64,000 nucleotides of DNA, taken from NCBI RefSeq assembly GCF_001194135.2, contig NC_068999.1, forward strand, positions 17,976,946-18,040,945, read 5' to 3'. Every line of letters begins with the position of its first letter. Position 1 is the first letter of the stretch. Of the stretch, positions 52,131 through 64,000 are shown piece by piece. Origin of the DNA: Octopus bimaculoides (Eukaryota). The notes beneath the pieces are model-generated. The model worked only from the letters and a program-made list of their open reading frames with translations, searched no databases and was not told the origin of the DNA. The position numbers and the translations under genes were made by a program.

Positions 52131-53525
52131 TCCCTCTTTATATATATATATGTGTGTGTGTGTATGAATGTATGAACGTTCGCGTAGAGAGAGGCAGTAA
52201 TAGAGAAGAGGAAAAAGAGATAAAACGCTGAAATATATAAGTAATGCGTGAAATCCGATGGAAATTTTCGCTCAGCTAACTCCAACACATCTCTACTATT
52301 TTCGATAGGTCTAAAATGGAGATATCATCTCAAGATCGCAGACTTTTGCGAACATGAACTTATCAGATGATTACGTAAAGTTATGTATATTTGATTACAT
52401 CAAGCAATATAGTTAAATCGATTCCATTGCAACATAGACAATTACTCCAAACAGTGTACTTCAGGTTCTCAGTGAAGTGAGATAAATGTTGAGAAGTGCA
52501 AAGATGACAGATATTTTTCCTTGATAGGAAAGATCCGTCTGAATATGGAAGAGCGCATTTGTAATGAATATACAGTAGCTGAATTGAATGCGTGTTGCTC
52601 GATAAGCTGACATTTTTTCTTAGGTACGATATTTTCATTTAAGACAGTACAATATATTATAGCCAATAATATGTCATTATTGTAGTACCATATATCTGAG
52701 GAAGTAAAGGAAAACATGTTATACCAATTTTAAGACAATAACAATGTTATGAACAAAACAAATTTAGCTCGAATTAGTGTTTGGCATTAGTTAGGATTTT
52801 GAATTTGGTCACAAGGGTGACTGTATAATAATCACGCTGTATTTTTATATACTTTCTTATTTATTCGTATGTTTTCTATGACCGTTTAAAGAGACGACGA
52901 GACTGTTGTGAAATGGGGAGGAGAGAAATTAGCTTCAAATACGAAACGTGATTCAAAAAGAAGAGCCTCCAGGTGGATGGTTATATGCTATAGATGCATT
53001 ACTTGTTTATAACGTACCGTAATTTGAGAGTTCGTGGCGTTTGAGTTCATGGTAAAATATTTCACTCTGTGTGTGTTTGAACTGTAATATAACTAACCAC
53101 ACACTCAAAAATGGAATAAACGTGAGAGATTCGGCTTATGTTTAAATATCTCCCTTTTTTATTATCTCTAATATATTTTGAAACATAATTTTTTTTTATC
53201 TAAATATTTGTTAGTAAAATGACAAGTGGAAGAGATATATGACATATATTATTAGTTGACATATACCAACTTCTATAAAGCTCTGAATATGCTATAGTTC
53301 AGCATAATTCATGGCCAAAATTGTAGATTAAGACGTTAAGTGTGTAGTGTTCATATTTGCTACATCAAGGATGTGTTTCTCTAAGTGGCGAGGGTTGTGT
53401 AAATGTGTAACAACAATCACATTTCTTTTTGTTGTGTATGCATTCCATGCATGTTATGGGTTAGTATTTATTGAAGTTAATATTTGTGTATGCATACCGA
53501 TATGCATACCGTCACATACAGGCTC

Positions 53526-53526
<1 letters not shown>

Positions 53527-53579
<53 letters not shown>

Positions 53580-53605
53580 ATATCTATCTATCTGCCTATC
53601 TATCT
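53527..53605. repeat. (TCTA)n microsatellite
   Basis: Direct observation. Confidence 0.9.
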
Positions 53606-54318
53606 AATGTCACTATGTGTATGCATGTCTGCTTTTGTATGTACACGCGCACGAACACCCACACACACACACCTAAGTACACACGTGTCTATACTTTTGT
53701 GTGTGCGTGTGTACATGTGTGCAGGTAAAATGCTCATCGCCCTATGTGTATTTCATTATTGGATGGGAAATTGACAATTTAAATGAGATAGAGAAATCCC
53801 GCTATTATTATAATGTATTATGTGAGAAATTGGCTTCAGCTCAGTGCGGATGTTCACTTGCAGTCATTCATTTCGCTTAAACACGAGCAAGGGTCACAGT
53901 GTGTACCTCAATATGGATTGTTATGACATTCATGTATCGATCCACTAAGCAGGTTCCTTGAAACATAAATCCTGTGTCGAATTTACATTACGAATGATAA
54001 CACTTCATAAATTCGTTATTATTAATGCTAGTGAGGCGTTTCTCACTATTCGGTCGTTCCATCTAAGGTCACTTCAAACGATATAGAAGGCTTGTTATGC
54101 TGGTGTGCGATGGCAAGCTGAGGTACCGACGTTTATAACAATTATTGCACAGGAAAATGTGTAATAGACATTGTAGATAAAGATACTTAGTTACTCAGCT
54201 CTTCTCATTGACGCAGCTGCACTTCTGGATTCAGCAAAGAGCTGGAACATTATCAGATGCTAAACAAATCTGAAGTAGTCGGGTAAAAGCAATCAGGCGG
54301 TTTCTCATTTTATTCTAG

Positions 54319-54379
54319 GAATGATGACGATGAAGAGCGTAGTCCCTTCCCGTTGAATAAATATTGGCAAGATTTATAA
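54319..54379 (+). other. Candidate terminal coding exon segment
   Basis: TTCTCATTTTATTCTAG acceptor (AG at 54317-54318). The phase-2 frame reads NDDDEERSPFPLNKYWQDL*, phase-compatible with the 49124 donor. Confidence 0.2.
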
Positions 54380-54464
54380 AAAAAAATGTGGATAAAAAGG
54401 TAACAATCGATCATAAGGGTTAAACCTAACCCAAAAGCTGCTAGCTTAGTGTCAAAATATGAAT

Positions 54465-54548
54465 ATATTGTTGTTGTTGTTGTTGTTATTCTTCTTCTGC
54501 ATATTATTATTATTATTATTATTATTAGTAGTAGTAGTAGTAGTAGTA

Positions 54549-54612
<64 letters not shown>

Positions 54613-54650
54613 AAGTGGTGGTGGTGGTGGTGGTGGTAGTAGTAGTAGTT
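54465..54650. repeat. Compound trinucleotide microsatellite (GTT)(CTT)(ATT)(AGT)(GGT)(AGT)
   Basis: Direct observation. Confidence 0.95.
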
Positions 54651-54979
54651 TTATTGTCTTCTTTCAGTTTTGCTTCCGTTTCTTGACGATCTCAACACCT
54701 AAGGCAAAGAATCTCATTGTATACATTGGTAGGTCATACAAATAAGCACACCAGACTGTTCATTTACAAAGTCATGTGATAGAAAATGAAAGAAGGCAAA
54801 AATGAAGAAAAGTAGAAAAGAAAATAAAGGACAAGATAGAAAATTCACAGCGGTAACACTCTTCCCAATAAATTTTTGTACGGTACACCCTCCTATTTTT
54901 TTCCATAGTCTGGCTTCTAATTTTCAGTTAACATCTTAACCAAAGTAAATAGATATCTCTTCTATGTACTTTGATCATA

Positions 54980-55050
54980 ATGTGGGGCCCCTCAACAGAA
55001 GAGGCCTCATGCGACCGCAGGGTTTGCAGGGGCTTAGCGATGGCCTTGCT
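54980..55050. mobile_element. Possible hAT-type MITE terminus (GC-rich)
   Basis: GGGGCCCCC..GGCC..TGCGACCGCAGGGTTTGCAGGGGCTTAGCGATGGCC resembles CAGGGCCG..TAAG..GGGGCCC-type non-autonomous hAT ends. No partner end found. Confidence 0.3.
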
Positions 55051-55854
55051 GCCTCTACCGATATGTCATTCACTCCTCCTTTTCCGTCTGGAACAATGTG
55101 GGCGTATTCATACTTGGAATGCGATGGATGTCGTGAGTTCGAAAATACCCTACACAAAACTCATGAACTTATGGTACTCTCAGAGTTACAACAAAACCTG
55201 TGGGTCCAAGAGAAGTGTTTGATTTGAATATCAGAATTATATTTATTATTCTTTATGTTATTCGAGATGTCTTCGTCAGATAGCTTTGGTTACTCTGTAA
55301 ACGTATTATGTTGTTCTTCCAGCTATGTGTTGGCTTTATAAATATATTTATAGCCTCTCATCCGTTCTTTTGTGATCATTGACAGTTTAAATCAACTGAT
55401 TTTTTAAAAACTGTAATCTTGACGCTACTAAGTTCGAAGTGAAAGAAATGCGATGATAAAAATTTAGAACAAAATTGCCCTTCCAATAAATAAGTTAGTG
55501 ACAATGAAATAATTTTTACTGTAAATGTCTGCACCTAGGCAGTCTACCCGTCTTTAGAAAGCATTTCCTCTACTTTGAAAACGTTCATTTGCAAGATATG
55601 ATATAATTCCTATCAGAAATCGCCAGCATCCAGCATTAATGAACCCCATGTAGCCAATGTTATAACAATAATGATTGCTACTAGTTAAACAACGGATGAC
55701 CAAATTAAAAAATATATATATTTTGGGTGTTATACATGAAGCGGGATTGCTGATTGTGCAGCATATTTTTCCTTCATGTCTTCAGGTCTTGTATCAGAGT
55801 AACACTAGTGATCAGCAGCGATGACAGGGTAGCGAATTTAGACTACAAATATTT

Positions 55855-56200
55855 AATCTTGTCTTTGTTTCTGTCATTGGGATGTAGACAGGTTTGGGCA
55901 TCACCTTGAAGAATTCTAGTCGAATGGATTGTCACTAGTATTAATCTTTTTCGTCTGGTTCATAATCTATTGGCTTGTCTTGCCAAACCGCTAGTTACGA
56001 CAAACATTACTTCTTAGGTAATCAAATTCGAACAAACCCGAAGAGAAAGACAGACATACGCATAGACACACAGTGACAAGCACATGCATACATATATGCG
56101 ACAGAATTCTTTCATCATCTTGCCAACAAATTCACTCAGAAGACTTTTCTCATCCGTGGCTATAGTAACAGACACTTGCCGAATGTACCACGCATTAGGA
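55855..56200 (-). mobile_element. SINE family A, degraded, both halves
   Basis: TTGTTTCTGTCATTGG..GCATCACCTTGAAG..CTAGTCGAA..TTGCCAAACCGCTAGTTACG, and later TTCTTTCA..AAATTCACTCA..GGCTATAGTAACAGACACTTGCC..CCACGCATTAGGAC. Confidence 0.6.
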
Positions 56201-56894
56201 CAGACAGACATAGGACGAGAAATATTTGCGGTGTTCCAGTTAAGTATGTGAATGATTACTAAATAAACGAGCGACAACTTCCTACATATAACGCAATGGA
56301 TTTAAATATTCGCAAGCATATTAATGCCGGAAATATGAGTGTATACACATAAAACGTCTCGTTTGAAAATCTTAATGCTTAGTTGTTATTCATGGAAAGA
56401 CCATTCTAATTTTAGAACGATGCCAATGCATACATGTGTGAGCCATTCTCTATCCCGACAGTACATAAAATAATTGGACACATGGTTTGATGTTTAGAAG
56501 TCTATGTTTAAAATGATATGGCGAAAATCTCTTTTCTCGAGTCTAATGAAGGAAGGTATATGACTGCAGTTCATTGAAGAAGGAATGATCTAAGGCTACT
56601 AGTCAAGAATCAGTACAATTATAGATATATCGCTACACATTGTGGCAATATGTAATACTGTCTAATATCGCTTTCCATCGTGGGAGTAAACTTCCCAGAA
56701 AATGCCTTGGAGCCATGGGAATAATTCAAAATTAATATTGAAATTTGTAGATATTAAATGATATATGACGCATCTTGATTCATATGAGCAGAGAAAAATT
56801 GTGGGCACGTATTGCATGACAGGGATTTAACGTCTGGAGATACATGGTGCGTGGAGATACAAACGTGTGTGTGACGATGGCTCCTATCAATGCA

Positions 56895-56936
<42 letters not shown>

Positions 56937-58019
56937 TCCTTTTATTACATGTGTGCATATATATATATATACATAAATATAGTTTTCCTTTTATTACTAT
57001 TTACATATTCGAGGATATTTTCTCTATTAACTTGTGGTCTTTCGTATCGAACGTGTGCCTTTGTTGTTCTGGACTGTGTTTGTTTCGTTGTGTAGTTGTC
57101 TTTTAAGTTGATATTTTTCATCCATTGTGTATGTTTTCGGATTCGGGGAAAATTTAGTCCAGTCGGTGGGAAAACTTCCATTGTTTTAGTTGGATTCTTT
57201 GGTTGTCGAATTAGCCTTGAATTGTCTTTAAGGAATTGGTGACTATAATTTCCATATTCAGGTGTTTGATTAATCAGTTGTGGGATTTAACTTTCTTTAG
57301 GAATGGGTTCTTGGTAGTATACTCGTTTTTAAATGAGATTCATAATTAGAGAGCCAAAGAACACATCTCTGCCACCTTAATATGTAAATTCCTCGTTTTC
57401 ACCATTTTCTTTATACAGNNNNNNNNNNNNNNNNNNNNNNNNNNNNNNNNNNNNNNNNNNNNNNNNNNNNNNNNNNNNNNNNNNNNNNNNNNNNNNNNNN
57501 NNNNNNNNNNNNNNNNNNNNNNNNNNNNNNNNNNNNNNNNNNNNNNNNNNNNNNNNNNNNNNNNNNNNNNNNNNNNNNNNNNNNNNNNNNNNNNNNNNNN
57601 NNNNNNNNNNNNNNNNNNNNNNNNNNNNNNNNNNNNNNNNNNNNNNNNNNNNNNNNNNNNNNNNNNNNNNNNNNNNNNNNNNNNNNNNNNNNNNNNNNNN
57701 NNNNNNNNNNNNNNNNNNNNNNNNNNNNNNNNNNNNNNNNNNNNNNNNNNNNNNNNNNNNNNNNNNNNNNNNNNNNNNNNNNNNNNNNNNNNNNNNNNNN
57801 NNNNNNNNNNNNNNNNNNNNNNNNNNNNNNNNNNNNNNNNNNNNNNNNNNNNNNNNNNNNNNNNNNNNNNNNNNNNNNNNNNNNNNNNNNNNNNNNNNNN
57901 NNNNNNNNNNNNNNNNNNNNNNNNNNNNNNNNNNNNNNNNNNNNNNNNNNNNNNNNNNNNNNNNNNNNNNNNNNNNNNNNNNNNNNNNNNNNNNNNNNNN
58001 NNNNNNNNNNNNNNNNNNN

Positions 58020-58051
<32 letters not shown>

Positions 58052-58299
58052 AGGGCAATTACCAAATGTATTTAATATACATAGCAACCATAGTTTGACA
58101 ACAGTATCGCAACATTTTCTATGTAGTACTTTTTCAAGTGCCGTGGCTGGCGTAGGCTATATATACTTAGGACATTCCATATCAATAAAATGCTACTGAA
58201 TAATATAAACCAATATGATGCATAGATTATAAAATTGCAGTAGCCTAAAAAAATTCGTTCCTATATTCTAACTGTACCTAAACTTATACTAACTCATCA

Positions 58300-58740
58300 C
58301 ACTTATATTAATAACCATCATGATTTTGACCAATGCATTTGACCACCTCATATCCAGTGATGACTATAATTAGTTTTCCCTTTGTAATAGAGTTTGTTTT
58401 AGACCACATATTGACATTCTACTTCCATGTAAACGTACTTGATGGCCTATTGATATTTCGCATTCCAGTTCCACGCATCCATATATTTTATGCCGTAACT
58501 ATTCTCTTTAAGCACTATTGAAGTGGTTACTAATTGATAACGGCCTTGTTTCCGTAATCCTATACTTCTGAACATCCTCACCTGCACTCACATTTGCTTT
58601 AATGCGTTGATATCGTCTGATATTGTTTATAATATACAATTCATTAAAATTACTTGTAATAATTCCTTTGTCAATCTCGGAGACGCGTTCTCTCTTTATC
58701 CTTAGGGACTGGTAATATTTTACAACCGCTTGCATTATAT
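58300..58740 (-). mobile_element. Possible old LINE endonuclease (APE) remnant
   Basis: The ORF 58508-58735 segment KYYQSL..IITSNFNE resembles K..FY..L..II.GDFNA. Very degenerate. Confidence 0.3.
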
Positions 58741-58865
58741 GTGCTCGCGGAAATATGCGTGCATATGTAAATGTTTATGAGTGGGTGAATACATAAGATT
58801 TAAAACATGTCTGCATGTATGTTTCTTTATGTATATATGTATATGGGTGTATGGGTGTATATACG

Positions 58866-58896
<31 letters not shown>

Positions 58897-58918
58897 ATTT
58901 ACACACTCACATATATAT

Positions 58919-58951
<33 letters not shown>

Positions 58952-61919
58952 NNNNNNNNNNNNNNNNNNNNNNNNNNNNNNNNNNNNNNNNNNNNNNNNN
59001 NNNNNNNNNNNNNNNNNNNNNNNNNNNNNNNNNNNNNNNNNNNNNNNNNNNNNNNNNNNNNNNNNNNNNNNNNNNNNNNNNNNNNNNNNNNNNNNNNNNN
59101 NNNNNNNNNNNNNNNNNNNNNNNNNNNNNNNNNNNNNNNNNNNNNNNNNNNNNNNNNNNNNNNNNNNNNNNNNNNNNNNNNNNNNNNNNNNNNNNNNNNN
59201 NNNNNNNNNNNNNNNNNNNNNNNNNNNNNNNNNNNNNNNNNNNNNNNNNNNNNNNNNNNNNNNNNNNNNNNNNNNNNNNNNNNNNNNNNNNNNNNNNNNN
59301 NNNNNNNNNNNNNNNNNNNNNNNNNNNNNNNNNNNNNNNNNNNNATATATATATATATATATATATACATCCATCTATACATACACGCATACACATAAAC
59401 ATACATGCATACACACATACACACACACAGCCAAATCACATATACGCGCATTTTAAATATACACACGGATTTTGATACTCTCATTTTCTGTAATCCCACA
59501 CTCTATTTTTCTTTGCGTGTATAGGTATGTATGTGTATACGTATGTATATTTTGGAGTCCATTCATATGTCAGTGAGCGTGTACATGTTTCTTTTGCGCG
59601 TACACACACACACATACTCACACAAACGCACACTTATATTTCATGCATTCGTATGTACGTAGTGTTGAATGTGTCTGTTTGTCTGTATACACTTTTCATA
59701 CTTTTATGTTTATATGCATATTTCTACAGTCCTGTGGGTACGGTTATATGTATGTGTGTGTTCTTGCTGGTGTCACTCCAGTTCATTATGCTGGAAAGTA
59801 TATTTGAGGTGCGGTTACAGTGCGTGAGTAAAGTTGCTGAAGGCACACACACCTTCTCTGATGTGTTTTGACCTTGTTGACCCCTTCTTAAATCTTACTT
59901 CTGTTGAATACTAATTCTTGGTTTTACTTGACCTACCATTCAAACATCATTTCTATGGAATCTTTAAATCTTCAGCTGTTTCGTTCCCACTAACCTATCT
60001 ATACAATGCCTTTGAGTAGAGATTCACATATATTGTTTTTTGTTTTAGATTTCTAATACAGTTGCTTAAATTAATTACGTATTACTCAATGTATTTTTAT
60101 TGTATTTCTTCTTCGATTATGTTTATGTTGACGATTGTCAATTCTTAGATTTATAACTACTGCTTTAACTTAATAGATATCAAATAATACGTTTGACCAA
60201 ATAGCACTAATGTTTTCCAGTTTCGGCCTTCCATACATTTTATAAATAAATGAGTAAATTATTTTTATATATCTAGAGTTAAACTGTTTATTTAAGCATG
60301 ATGTTTCGGCCATCTGATGACCAACTTCTCTTCATTTGCATCTATTTGTGAATATGCAGTTGTTTATGAAATTTTATAATTGAGTGAAAATCTTCAAATT
60401 TGGTATACGGATCTAAGTTTTTTTTCCGCTGAATCCCAGGGCTTATTTCATTTTACAGAAAGCTTTTTCTAAAAAAGTTGTTGAGGTTTAAATTTTTAAC
60501 ATTTTTACCCCGTCAAAAAATAGGATTCTGACGCTCTCATTTTGTGGGTAAATGCACGCGTTTCCACTGAAAAGAAATTAAATATTGAGGGTACTCGGCT
60601 TTACACACATATATAACCCGTCATAACTTTGTTTTATTTGTGAAATTTTCAGATAATTCTTGCAAATTTTTTTTATTCTATTAACGAGATTTTATAGGAT
60701 TATGCAAAAAACAAAACATCACAAAAATAATTTTTAAATGTTATTTCAGCAGATTCCACGACCACTTCATATCTCATGCGTTTTAAGCGAAAAATAACGA
60801 AATCAGGTTAGAAAACAATATATATTTTGTAGTTTAAAGCATTCGGTACGGATTTGATGAGAAAAAAAAAACTAAAAAAATTAAATATTCATTACAATAT
60901 CAAACATATAAAAATATTTATCAACAACCAAACTGTAGTCGTGTTCGAAACACATGGTTTAGCGTAAAATATCAGTTTGTAAAAACACATGCTTTCGAGC
61001 GGTTAAATTACCCATAATTTGCAAACTATTAACTATTTACGATTAACTCTTTATTTATTGATTTGTGGTGAAAATGAATTTCGTGTCAATAATTACCATC
61101 TAAAACTACTTCGACACAGCAAATGTGAAACAAATTGGAACAACATTGAAGAAATTGAAAGGTAGTCACCAAACAGGAAGAATACGTTTTTTGCATTTCG
61201 CAGAACATACTCATTAAATAAAACATATACACATACTTCCTACTGCACCGAAATGTTTGCGACACGGGAAGAATCCTATGGAGATCATGTGGTTAAATAA
61301 ATATAAATTCACCTCTAATATTTCCTGACTTTATGGTTTTGTACACTCATAATAAGCTCGTTGGTTGGACCTCTTCAATTTAAGTTACATGAACACTCCA
61401 AAATTATGCGTCTTTGTAATTCATTAATATTAATAAGTAGATTGTTAGCTGAGTCCGTGAGACGTGCTTTCTCCGTCAGCCAGAGATGATTTGATCTTAT
61501 TTTACTGATGCTCATTTCCGAACACACATATATAAAATACATAGTTTAACATGTATAGAAACAGAAATTTTATGATTTGATGCAAACACACGTTAGCGGA
61601 GCCGGATCCCCTTTGACTCGTAGTGCTGCACTTAGCTCGACTGAAAAAAAAAAACCTCGTGCTACTCTCCATTGCTTGAAAGCAAAACATCACATATATA
61701 TTTGTATGTTGTGCGTGTGTTCGCGCGCGTCCGTTTGTTTTTGTGTGTGTGTGCGTGCATGTGTCTGTGTGTGTGCGCGCGTGCGTATGTGTGTTTGTGT
61801 GTGTGCGTGCATAACCTGCGTGTGTGTGTGTATTTATGCATATAGTATTATTTCATATAACTTCTTTGGTACAGCTTGAGATATAATTTAATATATATTA
61901 CTAATTTTCAAACAGTACA

Positions 61920-62065
61920 CACGGTTTTGAGTTTAAGTTCCACAGGCATCGACTTCGACAGGGATCAAGAACGATATAATAAGTACCGGTTGAACATTTG
62001 GGTCGATGTTATCTCTTCAAATCTTCCTGTAAATTGCTTGCGTTGTACCAAGATTTTAAACAAAT
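61920..62065 (+). mobile_element. SINE family C fragment
   Basis: TTTGAGTTTAAGTTCCACAGGCATCGACTT..AATAAGTACCGGTTGAACATTTGGGTCGATGTTATC, similar to the 33280 and 45420 copies. Confidence 0.5.
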
Positions 62066-62342
62066 ATTCCATTGACCACAAAAATGTATAAGCTATTCCA
62101 TCTTTCCTGTTTGCCGTCTCTTCAGGGAAACAGAGAAATCGTCATCCGGATATTCAATCCCTTTTTCGGAAGCCTAAAACTCTTGACTGGAAATGAATTG
62201 TGTCGTATTCTGAGTAAATGCGGAAACTTTATGAGTATTTCCTCTATTTTACACTCACACAAACACACACACACACGCACACAGACGCAGATACACATAC
62301 ACACACACACACACATACATACACACATACACACACACACAT

Positions 62343-62379
<37 letters not shown>

Positions 62380-62799
62380 NNNNNNNNNNNNNNNNNNNNN
62401 NNNNNNNNNNNNNNNNNNNNNNNNNNNNNNNNNNNNNNNNNNNNNNNNNNNNNNNNNNNNNNNNNNNNNNNNNNNNNNNNNNNNNNNNNNNNNNNNNNNN
62501 NNNNNNNNNNNNNNNNNNNNNNNNNNNNNNNNNNNNNNNNNNNNNNNNNNNNNNNNNNNNNNNNNNNNNNNNNNNNNNNNNNNNNNNNNNNNNNNNNNNN
62601 NNNNNNNNNNNNNNNNNNNNNNNNNNNNNNNNNNNNNNNNNNNNNNACTACTCTTCTTTCTTGGTAGCTCTTTCTGTTTTAAAAGGTAACATGTGCTTTA
62701 TAACTTTGAGAACTGAAAGCGCTTGGACAATTATTATAATCTACACCCAATTTTTCAAATGTCTTCCTAAATTTTAGTGCCGTTCTACTTTCGGAAAAA

Positions 62800-63810
62800 G
62801 TTTCTTCGTTAATCCTAACATTTTGAAAAAGATCTGTCTGTACATTTTGTAAAAAAAAAAAAAGTGTATCAAGTAATTTAACCATAACACTACTGTCTAA
62901 AATGTTTTTTTTCTTAATCCTAAAACTTTGAAAAAAAAAAAAAAATAGTTCTCTAAATTTTATAATCATTTCCAAAAGTAATTTCCAAAATAAACATTTT
63001 GAAAAAAATATTTCTTTAACTATTATGACTGTATCAAGTAATTTCACCATAACAAGTGCGTCATAGCGTTCGGAACTTATATACGTATTGAACTCACTTT
63101 CTCATACAATATTACCTCTCATAACTTTCTACCATAAAAATGCTGGAAGCTTACTATTTTTTCAGATATTAATAAAATAATATAATAGAATTGGACCTAT
63201 TTTCATGCCTTTGGCCGTCGGAGCTATGGAAATTTTACGCACTCCGACGCATATAAATAGTTTCGACTAATTTTATCATTACTTTAATAATATACTAATT
63301 CTACTCTCTAAAAGAGTTTCATTCTTAATCCTAACATTTGGAAAAAAAAACTGTCTTTAAATATTATAATGGCATCAAGTAATTTAACCATAACGGCATT
63401 CTCTAAAAAAACTTTTTCCTAATCCTAATATTTTCAAAAAAATATTTCTGTAAATGTTTCAGTTATTTGTAAAAGTAATTTCCAAAATAAATATTTCGAA
63501 AAAATCTTTCTCCTAATGTTATAACTGTATCAAGTAATTTAACCATAACACCTGCTTCATAACGTTCGGAACTGAAATACGTATCTGAACTGACTCCCTC
63601 ATACAATATTACCTCTGATAACTCTCTACCGTAGAAATTTTGGAAACATAATATTTTTTCAGATAATAATAAAATTTGAAGGACCTATTTTCATGCCGTT
63701 GGCCGTCGGAGCTATGGAAACTTAGCGCAATCCGACTGTGTGAAAATAGATTCGACTAATTTCATTATTACTTTAAAAAGTACTAAAAAATACTGAATTT
63801 CAAACGTCTT
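62800..63810. repeat. Two tandem copies of a ~490-bp unit with internal sub-repeats
   Basis: CTGTATCAAGTAATTT at 63029 and 63525; CCGTCGGAGCTATGGAAA near 63215 and 63703. Sub-motifs TCAAGTAATTT(A/C)ACCATAAC (four copies) and TAATCCTAA (four copies). Confidence 0.85.
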
Positions 63811-64000
63811 TATGGTGAAATACTTTTAGAACAATTCCAAACCATGAAAATCGTAATTTAGAATTTTGTTTAGCGACAGTGGTGCACTTCCTTCAACGAA
63901 CAGGAGTTTCGATACGTACCACCTACTACAAATACTTGTTTGTACAAAAAGTAAGGCCATGCATCCATCGAATTGTCTTCCATTTAAGTGGTAGCAGAAG

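Noticed and set aside
54449-54745. Poly-Ser/Gly and poly-Val ORFs
   Set aside because: Translations of the compound trinucleotide microsatellite.
54964-55227. Overlapping 83-87 aa ORFs in a GC-richer patch
   Set aside because: The GC richness is better explained by a hAT-like MITE end; no splice or homology support.
60295-60345. Hammerhead-like arrangement (CTGATGA on +; ATGAAGA..GGTCAT/ATGGCC..GAAAC on minus)
   Set aside because: On + there is no downstream GAAA or stem II. On minus the core lacks the C, has a 6-nt extra spacer and has no GUH site.

Overview
AT-rich eukaryotic genomic DNA, dense in microsatellites and with many N gaps. The repeat content (CA/TA/TCTA microsatellites, several tRNA-derived SINE families, Penelope-like and RTE relics, Tc1/mariner relics) resembles an octopod cephalopod draft assembly; this is an inference from family recognition, not from a search. 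No intact protein-coding gene, RNA gene or CRISPR array can be supported, and most ORF-track entries are gap or microsatellite artefacts. The window reads as a transposon graveyard, possibly inside a long intron of a + strand gene: eight copies of one SINE family all point the same way, and a few weak + strand exon candidates exist. The most notable structures are: (i) a perfect 129-bp inverted copy of flanking DNA inserted inside a repeat that carries a degenerate minimal hammerhead-ribozyme-like motif; (ii) a mariner relic with two inverted 5' ends; (iii) two Penelope-like relics, one with the RT core and one with a GIY-YIG endonuclease; (iv) a foldback element with ~100-bp arms; (v) a ~490-bp tandem repeat with a conserved hairpin. 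I found no convincing new multi-gene system.
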